From: Tubulanus polymorphus
Lineage: Eukaryota > Animalia > Nemertea
NCBI RefSeq assembly: GCF_964204645.1
Contig: NC_134025.1
Coordinates: forward strand, 12,524,001 to 12,588,000
Direction: 5' to 3'
DNA length: 64,000 bases
Positions within the stretch are counted from its first letter, which is position 1; the number at the start of each line of letters is the position of its first letter. Made by a program: the position numbers and the translations under genes. Below are positions 38,026 through 50,772 of this stretch, piece by piece. The notes under the pieces are model-generated. The model saw nothing but the letters and a program-made list of their open reading frames with translations. It was not told where the DNA came from and did no database searches.

Positions 38026-38463
38026 AGTAATAGGGGTAATGGGCTTTCAAGCCAAAGGTCGAACGGTCGAGCTCATTAAAAAACAAAACATTAAAAGTAA
38101 TTTAAAACTATAATATATTTTCATAACCGTGTGTATTTTATATTATAACTAAATATTTATTCTAAGATATCAATAATTTAAATTTAAAAAGCATATTGTA
38201 TTAAATCAATTGGTCGCTCCACTTCGCTACCGCTCCGCTCCGCGACCAATTGATTTATTTACAATACACACATTCATATAATCAAATATATTTTGATAAT
38301 AATAATTATTCTATTATTCAACTGAAATACACATGGTTATGAAAATATATTTAATGAACTCGACCATTCAACCTTTAACCTGAAAGCCCATTACCCCTAT
38401 TACTCTTAAAATATTCATGTAAATGAATAACATTTAAATTGACAGATTATTCAATATAAAAGT
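38026..38463. repeat. Left TIR of element 2, with a fold-back hairpin at 38026-38404
   Basis: AGTAATAGGGGTAATGGGCTTTCA pairs with TGAAAGCCCATTACCCCTATTACT; the apical stem is AAATCAATTGGTCGC / GCGACCAATTGATTT. Confidence 0.92.
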
Positions 38464-38610
38464 ATATATTTACAACATTATTTCAATATTTATATTTGTA
38501 TGAGTTAGATTTTTAAACATTAAAAGTGTTAGTAAAGTGTGATTGAAATAATACATGATATAAATCATTGAACTTCTAAAATCAATTCTAATAAAAAATT
38601 TAGTATTAAA

Positions 38611-41600
38611 ATGGAAGCAAATAAGTACTACTGCCCAACATGTAATATCAATATAGATAAATCCCAAAAAGCAAGACACAATAAAACTAAAGCACATTTA
38701 GAGAATAAATTGAAACTAGAATATAAAGATGATATATTAGAATCTAAATTAGAATGAAAAAGAAACATACAAATGTGATACATGTAATCAATCATTCAGT
38801 GATAAAAGATATTATAATGAACATTTAAAATCTAAAAGTCATATTAGAAATAAGAATAATGATATTTTAGGTGAAGATTATTTTGATAAAGATAATGATA
38901 AGAAACAGAAGACAATTAAAAGCATAAAAAATGAATTAAACAATAAAAGACCATACATGGAAGATGTAAGAAATTATATTAATTCATTAGATAATAAAAA
39001 AGATATAGAGATAACCGAAGCATTTAAAAGTGATATTGGCCCAGCAGCTATCGAGTTTAAATTTCATAAAGGAAAAACATTATAAGAAAATAAAAAACAT
39101 TTAGAAAATATGAAAGAAATAATGAAAATAATAACTGATGTTGAATACCCTAAAATAAGTATATCTTCTAAAGTTAAATTCATAAAATCTGAAGATAAAC
39201 CAATATATAATGTAAATTCTCATTCACAACATATTATTTCAAAACAACATATAGATGATAAATTAGATAAATGTTATAATGAAGTAAAAACTAAAATAGA
39301 AGAGAAATATTTTGAAGGATCTGGTTTAATATTTGATGAAATAATATTTATGACTTTACATGTTTATAACACAAAATATAATAAGTTAACTAAATCAAAA
39401 CCAATTGATGAAAATAATGTATCATATTATAAAGAACCAGATATTGAAGCATCGAGTTATATCAAACTACCATTTAAAACTAATGCTGTAATAAATGTAC
39501 AAAATGAAGATGATAAATGTTTTCTATGGGCTATAATAAGTTGTTTACACCCAGTTGAAGATTATAAACAACATAGTTTTAGATTAACTCATTATAAACC
39601 ATTTGAAAATAATTATAAGATAGATAAGTATCCTGTTAGAATTAAAAACGTCCCAAAGATAGAAAGAGATAATAATTTAAGAATAACTGTATTTGATTTA
39701 ATCAAATTACCAAATACAAAAGGTAACAATATAAAACATTATACATTAGAACCTTTATATCTATCAAAAGATTATGATTCAAATGATGTTATAGATATAC
39801 TATATTATGAGAATCATTATATGTGGATTAAACAAATAGATTTATTTTTTAAATCAGAAAATGATCACCATAAAATAAATCTTTGTAGAAAATGTTTACA
39901 TAGATTCAGTAATGAAAGTACATTATTAAATCATAAACAATTATGTGAAAATCATGATTATTGTAAATTAGTTTTACCAAATGAAAAGGATAAAATATTA
40001 GAATTAAAAAAATATGATTACAAAAATAAAGTACCATTTGTTATATATGGAGATTTTGAATCATTAAATAAAGAATTAACTGATCAAGATAGAAAAGAAA
40101 TATATAAAAGAAAGAAATTAAATTCTAATGAAAATGATTTTTCAGATGAACCACCAAAAACAAATACTATTAAAAAGATTCATCAATCAGCTGCAGCTTT
40201 CGGGTTATATATTAAATCTGATTATCCAGAACTAATTGAAAGTGAATATTATAATTACAGAAATGAAAATGTTATCAATCATTTTTGTGGCTTATGAATT
40301 GAATATGAAATAAGATTTAGTAAATTATTGAATACAAATATAGAAATTATAATGACAGAAGAAGATAAAGAAGAATTTGCGTTTGCAGATAAATGTTATT
40401 ATTGTGAAAAGATATTTAATTATAAAGATAAAAAAGTAAGAGACCATGATCATTTGAATGGAAAGTTTAGAGGTGCTGCGCATGAGAATTGTAACTTACA
40501 AGCTAAGAAAATTAACTTTGTACCAGTTATATTTCATAATCTATCAGGATATGATGCACATTTATTCATCAAGCAGTTATGCCATAAGATAGAAGAAATT
40601 AATAACGAAATAGAAAGATTAAATTCAAATAGATCAAAAGATAAAATACCAACTTATAAATTAAAAATGTTAGCTAAAACATCTGAGAATTATATATCAT
40701 TCCAATTTGGTTGTCTAAGATTTATAGATTCATATAGATTTTTAAATAGTTCATTAGATAACTTATCAAAATCATTAGTTGATGATGAATTAAAAATATT
40801 AAAACAACACTATCCAAATAATGATGATTTTCAATTAATGAGATATAAAGGAGCAATTCCATATTCATTTTATAAATCACATAATGATTTCAATATAACT
40901 GAATTATTGAAAGAACAATTCTATGATGAATTAAAAAATGAATATGTTAAAGATGAAGTCTATAATAGAACATTGAATATTTGGAATCATTTCAAAATAG
41001 AAAATCATGGGCAATTAGTAGATTTATATTTAAAATCAGATGTATTATTATTAACCGATATATTCGAAAGGTTTAGAGATGTTAACCTAAAATATTTCAA
41101 TATTGATCCTTGTCATTGTTATTCATCACCAGGATTAACATGAGATTGTGGATTAAAATTTACAGATATGAAAATGGATTTGTTAACAAATATAGATCAA
41201 TTACTATTATTTGAAAAATCTATAAGAGGAGGAGTTTCAGGTGTATTAGGCGATAGATATTTCAATGTAAATGATAACCCCAGATATAAGTTATTATATA
41301 TAGATGCAAATAATTTATATGGTTGGGCAATGATGGAACCACAACCTTATGGAGTATTTGAAGTAAGTGAAGTTTTACAGAATGAAAAATAATGATAAAT
41401 TTGATTGGAAGAAAAGAATTCTAGATATTGCAGATGATTCAGATACTGGTTACTTCTTTGTTGTAGACTTGGAATATCCTGAACATATTAAATTTAAATC
41501 TAGAAATCTAGCTTACTGTCCCGAACATAAAACTGTAACTCATGAAGAATTATCAAATTACCAAAAAAGAATTAAACCCGAAAATCATATTCATTTCAGA

Positions 41601-42639
41601 AAAGTTAATGGTAACTCAAGAAGATAAATATAAATATGTAGTACATTATAGAATGTTAAAGTTTTATCTAAAACAAGGAATGATTCTAAAAAAAGTACAT
41701 AGATATATTTCATTTAGTCAATCTAAATGGTTAGAAAAATATATAGATTTTAACACCAAACAGAGAACTGAAGCTAAAACTGATTTCGAAAAAGATTTCT
41801 TCAAACTAATGAATAATGCATTCTATGGTAAGACTTGTGAAAATATTAGAAATAGAAATGATATTGAGTTAGTTAGTAATGGTAAAAGAATTAGACATTT
41901 ACAAACATATCCTAAGTTCATTGGTAACAGAATATTTGATGAAAATTTAGCCGCAGTTAAGATGAGAAGAACATCAATGAAATTTAATAAACCAATTTAT
42001 GTTGGAGCATCAGTTTAAGAAATATCAAAATTACTAATGTATGAATTCTATTATAATGTATTACAACCACTTTTTGGAGAAAAAGATATAGAAATATTAT
42101 ATTTTGATACCGACAGTTACATATTAAAGATAAAAACTGATAACATAACAGATGATTTAAAAACATTAAAACATCATTTTGATTTTAGTAACTATCCTAA
42201 AGATCATGAATTGTTTAGCAATGATAATAAAAAAGTTCCAGGGAAGTTTAAGGATGAATTAGGTGGTGAAGAAATGATTGAATTCATCGGTATTAGATCT
42301 AAAATGTATTCATATAAAACTAAAGAACATGAAGCTAAAAAGTTGAAAGGAATAACCAAAAGTGTAGTAGAAAAGAATATTCATTTCAAAGATTACATCA
42401 ATTGTATATTCAATGAAGAAGTTAGAAAACATAAGATGAGATGTTTAAGATCTGAAGATCATGAAATGTTTATTGAAGAAATTGAAAAGATAAGTCTAAA
42501 CCCATTTGATGATAAAAGATATATTTTAGATGATGGAATTCATACAGTTGCTTATGGTTGTAATTTAGATGAATACTTAAAATTTAAAAGAGAAGAAACA
42601 AAAGAGAACGAGATTATGAAAAGGATTCTAACGTGTTAA
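38611..42639 (+). pseudogene. Protein-primed family B DNA polymerase, full span, about seven stops/frameshifts
   Basis: Fragments carry YGDFES, FHNLSGYDAH, DANNLYGWAM, KLMNNAFYGK and YFDTDS, plus the endonuclease-VII-like DHDH insert. Confidence 0.95.
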
Positions 42640-42657
42640 TCAAATTTTAATAAAAAT

Positions 42658-43020
42658 ATGTATTATAAATGGAGTAAACAAACACACAGTGAGAACAACA
42701 AATTATTTCTAGATAGAATTAAAGATATAACAAATGTAAAATCTGTAGATTATAAATTCAAAAAGTTAACAGAATTAACAATTCATAAGAAATATCTAAT
42801 TACAAATATTGATACAGTTACTAACAAATATGGAGATAAATTAGTTATACACTTAGAATATGAAGGATTAAAAGGAAATACATATAAATTCAGAACATAT
42901 TTACCAGATAGATTTCATAGATTATCAAGTGAAGATTTAGAAGAATTATGTTCTGGAGATTTCTATTTCGTATACAAAGGTAAGAATGAAAAAGGGCACC
43001 ATGAAATAGATTTCGAATAA
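42658..43020 (+). CDS. Hypothetical 120-aa protein
   Basis: Intact ORF packed between pPolB and the penton-like gene. Confidence 0.6.
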   Translation: MYYKWSKQTHSENNKLFLDRIKDITNVKSVDYKFKKLTELTIHKKYLITNIDTVTNKYGDKLVIHLEYEGLKGNTYKFRTYLPDRFHRLSSEDLEELCSGDFYFVYKGKNEKGHHEIDFE

Positions 43021-43037
43021 GAAAATATGTAAAATAA

Positions 43038-43793
43038 ATGGTAGAATTAAAAGGATACAGAATATTTGTTGATACTAGAAAACTTAAAAATTATAAATCT
43101 CATAATTTACTAGTTCAATTAGATAGAGAATTCAAGAATTGTGTTGATTTAAAATTAGTAAATATAAGTTTATGTAATTCTTTTTATAATATATCGGATA
43201 AAACTTTTGAACATAGAGGGTTTATGATTTATATGAGAAATAAAGATAAATGGTTTCATATATTTTTAAAACCAGGATTATATAATTTAGAATCATTAGC
43301 GCAGGAAATTAATAGAAGAGCTCGGTTGAAAATCGGGGGCACTTCTGTATTTGAAATTAAATTTAATAAAATTGATAGTACTAATAAAATTAGAATAAAG
43401 ATATCTAATGAACAACATAAATTTATGGTAAACAAACCACTGGCTAAAATGTTAGGAACTAAACCGCTTACAGTTACTGGAAACGCAGAAGGCAGCTCAA
43501 ATATAATACCTTTTACACACTTTTATATTTATTGCAATTTAATCGAGCCTACAAAAACTTTCGAAGCAACTAAAGAAACAATTTGTAGTTCTAGTATAAT
43601 AAATACTTTACCGCTAAAAAATGTTAAACAATTTGGAACTCAAATAAATTATAATTTAACAGAATGTGATTTCAAACCATGCATTCCTAAATTTAATAAT
43701 TCTAAATTAGAAATAAGAAATCATAATGGATATTTAATTGATTTGAATAACTTTCCTGTGATATATGAATTAGTTATAAGATGTAGAGAGTAA
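43038..43793 (+). CDS. Probable minor capsid protein (penton, single jelly-roll)
   Basis: 251 aa; the pattern NSFYNIS...PGLYN...YIYCNLI...LEIRNHNGYLIDLN resembles Polinton pentons; TAAATG start. Confidence 0.6.
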   Translation: MVELKGYRIFVDTRKLKNYKSHNLLVQLDREFKNCVDLKLVNISLCNSFYNISDKTFEHRGFMIYMRNKDKWFHIFLKPGLYNLESLAQEINRRARLKIGGTSVFEIKFNKIDSTNKIRIKISNEQHKFMVNKPLAKMLGTKPLTVTGNAEGSSNIIPFTHFYIYCNLIEPTKTFEATKETICSSSIINTLPLKNVKQFGTQINYNLTECDFKPCIPKFNNSKLEIRNHNGYLIDLNNFPVIYELVIRCRE

Positions 43794-43809
43794 TTTTTTC
43801 ACTATATAA

Positions 43810-44124
43810 ATGAATATAACTGTTAGGCCGAGTATATGTTTTGGGTTTGATTTTAAACATGAGAAAGAAATGAAATTTAACATTAATGATGTAATTACAC
43901 ATATTAAAAATATTGCATTTTCTAATGAAACAACATTTGAGTATGAAACAACAATAGATAAAGAAACTTTAAATGTAGAAAAGATTACTAATTTAATTAG
44001 AGAATCTTTAAGATTTTATGAATTAGATGAAGATTTTATCATCGATGATATTAAAAAAATAATAATTGAAATATATACAAATGAAACTAGTAATGAAATA
44101 AATGTTAAATTAATCATCACTTAG
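43810..44124 (+). CDS. Hypothetical acidic protein
   Basis: Intact 104-aa ORF with a TAAATG start; the 5' part is conserved in element 1. Confidence 0.6.
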   Translation: MNITVRPSICFGFDFKHEKEMKFNINDVITHIKNIAFSNETTFEYETTIDKETLNVEKITNLIRESLRFYELDEDFIIDDIKKIIIEIYTNETSNEINVKLIIT

Positions 44125-44166
44125 TTAACTAAATATTTTGATGATAGTAATTTTTTTGATAAATAA

Positions 44167-44388
44167 ATGAGTGATAATAAGTGGATAATAACTGGATTAT
44201 ATAATGGAGCATTACTATCAGTTGGAACTGTTGGTTATTCAATGGTATTAAAAAAAGTATTCAAAATGGGAAGTGTTAATGTTGATAGATTTGATATAAA
44301 TGATATTTTAAAATTAACATTAGCAGTTACTTTATCTAATTTAACTATCGATTATTTGGAAAAACAAAAATATATTCCTCCCATATAA
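44167..44388 (+). CDS. Small hydrophobic protein
   Basis: 73 aa, two hydrophobic stretches, TAAATG start. Confidence 0.65.
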   Translation: MSDNKWIITGLYNGALLSVGTVGYSMVLKKVFKMGSVNVDRFDINDILKLTLAVTLSNLTIDYLEKQKYIPPI

Positions 44389-44412
44389 ATGCATAATTGT
44401 TTTGCTAAATAA

Positions 44413-44835
44413 ATGGCTTCTGCAATTATAACTATTATAGGATCGGCAATTGTTAACGCTTTAGCATTTACTGGTGGTGGTTATTTATTCAAGCATATTG
44501 ATAAAAATGGATCATTAACAGAACAAAAAAGACATAACTTAGCATTAGAGAAATACAATAAAGCAGCGAAAGAATATAGAGAAAAGAGGCAAAACTATAT
44601 GGATTATATTAACAAGGAATTATATGATCAGAAGATTTCACATAGAGATTTTCAATCAGTTGATGATGCAATGAGTTTATATAACGCGGTAACCAATAAA
44701 GAAAAATTACATCTATACAAACCTAGATTATCAGATTATTATACCCCAAGTAATGAACAACAGAAATATGAAATAATTTGGATTTTAGGGGGAACAGTTA
44801 TTGTTATATTTGTTGCTTATAAGTTTACTAATTAG
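44413..44835 (+). CDS. Small protein with hydrophobic N- and C-terminal segments
   Basis: 140 aa, AIVNALAFTGGGYLF...EQKRHNLALE; conserved in element 1. Confidence 0.7.
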   Translation: MASAIITIIGSAIVNALAFTGGGYLFKHIDKNGSLTEQKRHNLALEKYNKAAKEYREKRQNYMDYINKELYDQKISHRDFQSVDDAMSLYNAVTNKEKLHLYKPRLSDYYTPSNEQQKYEIIWILGGTVIVIFVAYKFTN

Positions 44836-44856
44836 TAATTTTTTTTTGCTAAATAA

Positions 44857-45279
44857 ATGGAAGATAAAGTTGATAATATTGATATTATTCCTCATGATAT
44901 CAGTAAAACTAAATTAAAAATATATTTAGAAAAACAAATATTAGAATTTGAAAGTGACTTAAAGATAAAAAAGAAAAAATATTTAAAAAGTAAAATTATA
45001 TATTATTTGATTATAAGTGGTTCGGTTACAATAAGTTCTGTAATAACATTTCTAGAAATATTTAGTCCATTAACACCTTTAGCTATATCAATTGGTGTTT
45101 CAAGTGTTTTAACTGGTATAAGTTCAAAATTAAATACAAAAAGTAATAAAGAAAAAATTAAAACTAATATAAAAGAAATTAATAAATTGAAGAATACACT
45201 AGATTATATAATAAGTTTAAATGGTCATATAACAGTTGAAGAACAAGATAAATTATTAAAAGAATTAGTTAATTATTAA
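44857..45279 (+). CDS. Two-transmembrane protein with coiled-coil-like flanks
   Basis: 140 aa; a degenerate homolog lies at about 26897-27330. Confidence 0.7.
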   Translation: MEDKVDNIDIIPHDISKTKLKIYLEKQILEFESDLKIKKKKYLKSKIIYYLIISGSVTISSVITFLEIFSPLTPLAISIGVSSVLTGISSKLNTKSNKEKIKTNIKEINKLKNTLDYIISLNGHITVEEQDKLLKELVNY

Positions 45280-45295
45280 TTTTTTAATTATATAA

Positions 45296-46596
45296 ATGGG
45301 GTTTCCAAAAGCTTTCCAATATAATAAATCAATTAAATATAATATTCCTGCAATAGATTTTAAGAAAAATATTACATATAGAAATGTAGTTTTAAATTCA
45401 TTAACTAATTTAGAAATTTATGTTACTGAATCAAAGTTTTTTATTTCTAAAATGGAAAATATATTTAATACATATGAAGTTACTTTTACTCGAGATGAAT
45501 ATCATATATATAAAGTAAAATCTAATATGAAATATTGGCAGAACCAATTAGATTTTGCTGTTTATTGTGCAACAACAGGATGTGGAATAAGTTGGAATGA
45601 TTATTTAAATAACTTAGATAAAAATTTGAAGTATTCTGATTTAAAATTAATTCACACAATATTTAGATTTCACACATATTTTCAAATCAGAATAATATTA
45701 AATGAATTAGAATGTCCTTTGCCCGGATCTAAATATTTTAAAGAATTGGATAATAATATTAATCTATCTAAGTTTTATAAAATATATAATGAATTTAATA
45801 TAAATATTAATTCCGATTTTAGAGCGCATGGTAAATTGCAAGGTGTTGGTGAAGAGTATGAAATAAAAAGAATTGATTATATGCATAGAATTGGAGCTTA
45901 TCATAATTATAAAATTGATAATAATAATGGTTGGGTTAATTTCATTTTAGAAAATGGTGAAGGTTTTACAAAATCAGGTATACAAAGAATAAATCAATCT
46001 ATTAGAACTTATTTGATATGTATTTCAGGTGCGCAAGTTGAAACAAGATCCCCAATAGTTGGAAATGATAACACTTCATTCGATGCGCAGAAACAATTTA
46101 AAGTATTATTTGAAGATTCAATTCATAATGATAAAAATAGATCGATTCCAGAAAACATTGTAAGATATCAAAATTATTTCGATAAATCACATATTAGATT
46201 AAATTATTGTATAGGCCCTAATCTATTAATTATTTCTAATGATTTAGTATTAAAGATGGGAAATATAATTGGTTATAATAATCTAATTAAAACTGCAACA
46301 ATAGATAATTCATTTGGATTGAATGATATAAATAAAAAGATTATTACCGCTCCAAAATTAATGGAAGGTGAAAAAAATAAAAAACATATTCAATCAACAG
46401 AAACTAAAACTAAGAATATTAAATTAAATAATGATTCTAAAATAAAAGATTACAATACATCAGAAAATATAAAAACTGATAATATTCAACATGATATAAT
46501 TAAACTAAATGATGATAGTAAATCCCATGAAAATACTAAATTAGCCTAAACTTGTATAGGAATTGTAATCGGAGGAATATTATATTTTAAATTCTA
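45296..46596 (+). CDS. Conserved Polinton protein of unknown function; stop at 46547-46549 before the C-terminal hydrophobic tail
   Basis: 417-aa ORF (WQNQLDFAVYCATTGCGISW...); the element-1 homolog shows the frame continued to a hydrophobic tail. Confidence 0.75.
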
Positions 46597-46612
46597 ATTT
46601 TTTATTATGTAA

Positions 46613-48190
46613 ATGGCAGAAGGTGGAGAAGATTATGAAATGGGAGAAATGGGAAATAATAATGAAGGATATATTGATGATGATTATAATGATGCAGAAA
46701 CTAATATTGATGATGGTAATGAATCAGCATATAATTCTAATTTAGCAGATAGTGGTTCTAAAGCCCATTCAACAGATGAATTTGATAGAAGAACTAGATC
46801 GAGAATACCTCCTGAAAATTTAAATCAAGGTTTATCAAGACAACATTTAGAATATAATAAAATAATTTATAAATTCAAACCTGTATTTGAAAGATCTGGG
46901 TATAATATAAGTGATAGAGATGCTGAACTTTTAGTAGAAAATTTAAAACTTTTTAAAGGTAAATATTATTATCATTTGGATGGTGATTATTATATTGATA
47001 TCACTAATCAAAAGACAAGACTAAATAAAATATTAGCGGAATCAACTTTGAGAAAATTAGAACCAGATAGAATTAAAATAATAAGTATTAATAATGAAAT
47101 AACTGATGTTACACAAGAAGAAAGAGATGATAATATAACAGAATTTAGTGAAAGAAGTGATGACTTATTAAAAATAATCAATAAAAATTCAGAAACAGAA
47201 ATGGAAGAGTATAGAGATCGATTAGATAAATTAAGATCTTCAACGCCCGAAACATCGAGAAGAGATATTCAACAAATTGATAATGATTCAAGTCAATTAC
47301 AATTAACATTAGAAAAACAAATTGATAGATTAAGAGATTCAGAAGAAGAGATGAATAGTATACCAGATACATCTGGTGCTGAAACTGGAATAAATCAAAT
47401 ACAATCTTTACTAGAAAAAGGATTACTTGATTTAACTGATGAAGAATTAAAACAATTTCCTGAACAAACACGTAGAGAAATTAAAGGTATGCAAGAATCA
47501 GCTGATAAAATTGCGCATGAAAAAAGTAAAAGAGATATTAAAATTAGAACTTTAGAAAAAGAATTAACTGATAAAAATAAAGAAATAGAACAATTAAAGT
47601 CTGATTTAGATCATCAAGTAATTGATGAAATAGAATATAGGCAAAAAGAATTACGTTCAGAAAAAGAAAAAGATGATTTAGAATATAACATAGAATTACA
47701 AAAAGAAGAAATTAAATTATTGTTAAAATCATATGATTATAATATTAATAGATTAAAAGTTATTTTTAAAGATTTGTTGATTAAACCAAATTCTGAAATA
47801 TCATTGAAAGATAGAATAAAGTTATTATTTAAATTAGAAGGAATAACAATTCTTTCAATTCTAACAGCTGTAACTATGTTATTTACAACAATTGGTTTAG
47901 CAATATCAAATGCTTTAAAATCTACTCCTACTCCAAATAAACCAGATAAACCCCCAGATAATAATTCAATACAAGATAAAGTTAAGGATGGTTTAAAGAA
48001 ATTGGCAAAATATTTATGGGAACTATCAAAGAAATCTGCTGCAGCATTGCCAGGAGTTATTGCATCAATTGTTGGTTTTATATTGAAATCTGCAGGAAAC
48101 ATTATTAACTTTGCTGCTGAACATATTATTTTATTTCTAATTACATTTGAAAGTGCAATTATTTTAATAAACATGATAAAAAATAAATAA
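46613..48190 (+). CDS. Coiled-coil protein with hydrophobic/amphipathic C-terminus (candidate membrane-active virion protein)
   Basis: 525 aa; GITILSILTAVTMLFTTIGLAI and AAAALPGVIASIVGFIL segments; lies directly upstream of the capsid gene. The function is inferred. Confidence 0.7.
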   Translation: MAEGGEDYEMGEMGNNNEGYIDDDYNDAETNIDDGNESAYNSNLADSGSKAHSTDEFDRRTRSRIPPENLNQGLSRQHLEYNKIIYKFKPVFERSGYNISDRDAELLVENLKLFKGKYYYHLDGDYYIDITNQKTRLNKILAESTLRKLEPDRIKIISINNEITDVTQEERDDNITEFSERSDDLLKIINKNSETEMEEYRDRLDKLRSSTPETSRRDIQQIDNDSSQLQLTLEKQIDRLRDSEEEMNSIPDTSGAETGINQIQSLLEKGLLDLTDEELKQFPEQTRREIKGMQESADKIAHEKSKRDIKIRTLEKELTDKNKEIEQLKSDLDHQVIDEIEYRQKELRSEKEKDDLEYNIELQKEEIKLLLKSYDYNINRLKVIFKDLLIKPNSEISLKDRIKLLFKLEGITILSILTAVTMLFTTIGLAISNALKSTPTPNKPDKPPDNNSIQDKVKDGLKKLAKYLWELSKKSAAALPGVIASIVGFILKSAGNIINFAAEHIILFLITFESAIILINMIKNK

Positions 48191-48193
48191 TTA

Positions 48194-49341
48194 ATTAATC
48201 CTGATGAAACTTTATATGTTAGAATTCCTCGATTAACACAAAATACTTTTTATGTTCCAAATAGTATTCATTTATCAGCCGATATAAAAGTAATCGGTAA
48301 TAATAATAATTATGTTGTTGATAATGTTGGAAGATATTTGATTAAAACATTAACTATAAAGATTGGTCCAGAAACAGTTTTCTCATTAGATGATTATAAT
48401 TTATTTATGCATTATAAAGATTTATGGTTAACTAAAGAAAATAGAAATAATATGATATTTCAAGGAATCCAATCAGAAAACCAAAATAAATTAAGATCAG
48501 AAGCACATAATGCGATATTAACTAATTCTATAGATAATTGATAGAAAGTATATATGGAAGCAAATATAAAATTCCATTAGACTTTGAATTGATAAATAAC
48601 AATGCGCCTTTATATAAATACGCAATTCAAGAAGATGTTATATTCGAAATAACATTTGCTCCTGTAAATGAAATTGTAATATCTAGCGTTAATAAAGATA
48701 TGAGTTATAAATTATCGAATATATGTTTAGAATATGATACAGTAACTGATGAAAATATTTCAAGTATAATTCAAACTCAATACAATCAAGGATTTTCATT
48801 ATTATATGATTATATTGATAAATTTAAAACCGTAACTATTAATGCAAATGATGAAATTATTAATGAGAATATTAACTTCCCAAGAAGATCTATTAAAGGT
48901 ATATTAATATTTTTTACCATTGCAACATATACTAATGGCGCAATAAATGTTGATAATTATTATAATCCTGAAATAACAAAAGTAGAAATAACTATCGAAG
49001 GAATAGCAAATAAAATATTTTGTCAAGGAATGAGAATGATAGATCAATGGCCAGAAATTAGAAAACATTTTATGAATGAAAAAGTAAAATCATCTGAAAA
49101 TTGTAACATTAATCAAATTGATTATTATACCGGTAATAAATATGCACTATGCTTAGATTTTAGAACAACAGAGGATAATTCATTACATGGTTCTGGAAAA
49201 AAATTACAAAACACTAAAGATGGAATACAATTATTCATGACAAAGAATAAAGGAATCAAAAATCTTAAAATGCACATTTATATTATATCTGACGCGCAAT
49301 TAAATATTGTAAATTCTCAATTGAATAGTGTTATGTATTAA
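48194..49341 (+). pseudogene. Major capsid protein, 5' end deleted, internal stop
   Basis: Homolog of 30242-31533; the promoter and first ~33 codons are missing; TGA at 48539-48541. Confidence 0.78.
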
Positions 49342-49373
49342 AATTTTAACTTTAATAAAAATTTATATAATAA

Positions 49374-50228
49374 ATGGAAGGAGGTAAAGTATATAAACAT
49401 ATTCCATACATCGATACACATGAAAATAATGATGGTTTATATTATGTAATACCTTGTAATATAGCTTTGATATTTGATCCTATTTTCAAAATTTATAAAA
49501 CTAAACTAATAGAAATCGATAATAATAAAAGTGGTGTTGTTGATAATTTAAGTAATGTAATTGATAACAATGTAATACCTTCTACATCTAATAATGTAAT
49601 ACCTTCTACATCTAATAATGTAATACCTTCTACATCTAATAATGCAATACCTTCTACATCTAATAATGTAATACCTTTTACATCTAATAATGAAAAAATA
49701 TTACATTTTAGTGAAAATAGAAATTATTGTGGATATTGTAAAAGTGAATTTTCAAACGCTACATCAAATTGGAATAAACATATGAATACAAGGGTACATA
49801 TAAATAATGTTATCGAACGTGTTGGTTTAAAAGAATTTATAGAACACCCATTTAGATATGTTACAAAGTTTGTTTCAAATCAAAAAGTAAATGGTGAAAA
49901 AATATATGAAGATTTATTATTAGCAACACCAAATAAAGATGAATTAGATCTAACCGATGCTAATGAAATATTAAAACCAAACACTGTAAATGAAATATTA
50001 GGAGCAAACACTAATAAAGATAATAATAAAAATTGTGCCATACGGCACCCACATGGTGATATAGTTACAGATAAGCATATTGATAATAAAGATTCTATAA
50101 AAAATAAAGAAGAAACTATTGACGATGCGGTAAAAAGGATGAAAAAGTATAAAAATAAAAAAACTATTGATGATGATACGGTAGAGAGTTTGAATAGATT
50201 GTTAGGGTCTGATAGTGAAAGTGATTAA
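49374..50228 (+). CDS. Element-2-specific protein with five NNVIPSTS-like repeats and a zinc-finger-like motif
   Basis: Intact 284 aa; 24-bp tandem repeat at about 49565-49690; CGYC...WNKHMNTRVH. Confidence 0.7.
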   Translation: MEGGKVYKHIPYIDTHENNDGLYYVIPCNIALIFDPIFKIYKTKLIEIDNNKSGVVDNLSNVIDNNVIPSTSNNVIPSTSNNVIPSTSNNAIPSTSNNVIPFTSNNEKILHFSENRNYCGYCKSEFSNATSNWNKHMNTRVHINNVIERVGLKEFIEHPFRYVTKFVSNQKVNGEKIYEDLLLATPNKDELDLTDANEILKPNTVNEILGANTNKDNNKNCAIRHPHGDIVTDKHIDNKDSIKNKEETIDDAVKRMKKYKNKKTIDDDTVESLNRLLGSDSESD

Positions 50229-50772
50229 GATATTAATTATATTTAACACAAATAATAATATTGGTTGGAAATTGTATAAAATAATAGTAAATAAAAAAGG
50301 GGGTTTTAAGTATTTAAGGTATTTAAGGTATCTAATACATATCTAATACAATCTAATACAATCTAATACATAAAATATCTTATTTTATAAACTGATATTC
50401 ATATGGAAATTGAAACCTCAGTAATGATAAATAACCTTTATTATTTTCAAACTTATTCATATATTAGTTGAAAAAATAAAAATAAATTGGTTAAAAATTG
50501 TATAAATAATATTTATTTTTAAAAAGGGGGTTTTAAGTATTTAAGGTATCTAATAGGGTATCAGGTATTAGGGTATCTAATAGGGTATCTAATAGGGTAT
50601 CTAATACATAGGTATATTTTAAACATATTTCAATATTTATATTTGTATGAGTTAGATTTTTAAACATTAAAAGTGTTAGTAAAGTTTTATTGAAATAATT
50701 CATATATATTCATGAATAACATATAAATGAATTACTTCTAAAATCAATTTAGTTAAAAAATATGTATAATAA

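Noticed and set aside
38611-42639. Alternative genetic code or programmed readthrough in pPolB
   Set aside because: Stops are of mixed type, differ between the two copies and occur alongside frameshifts.
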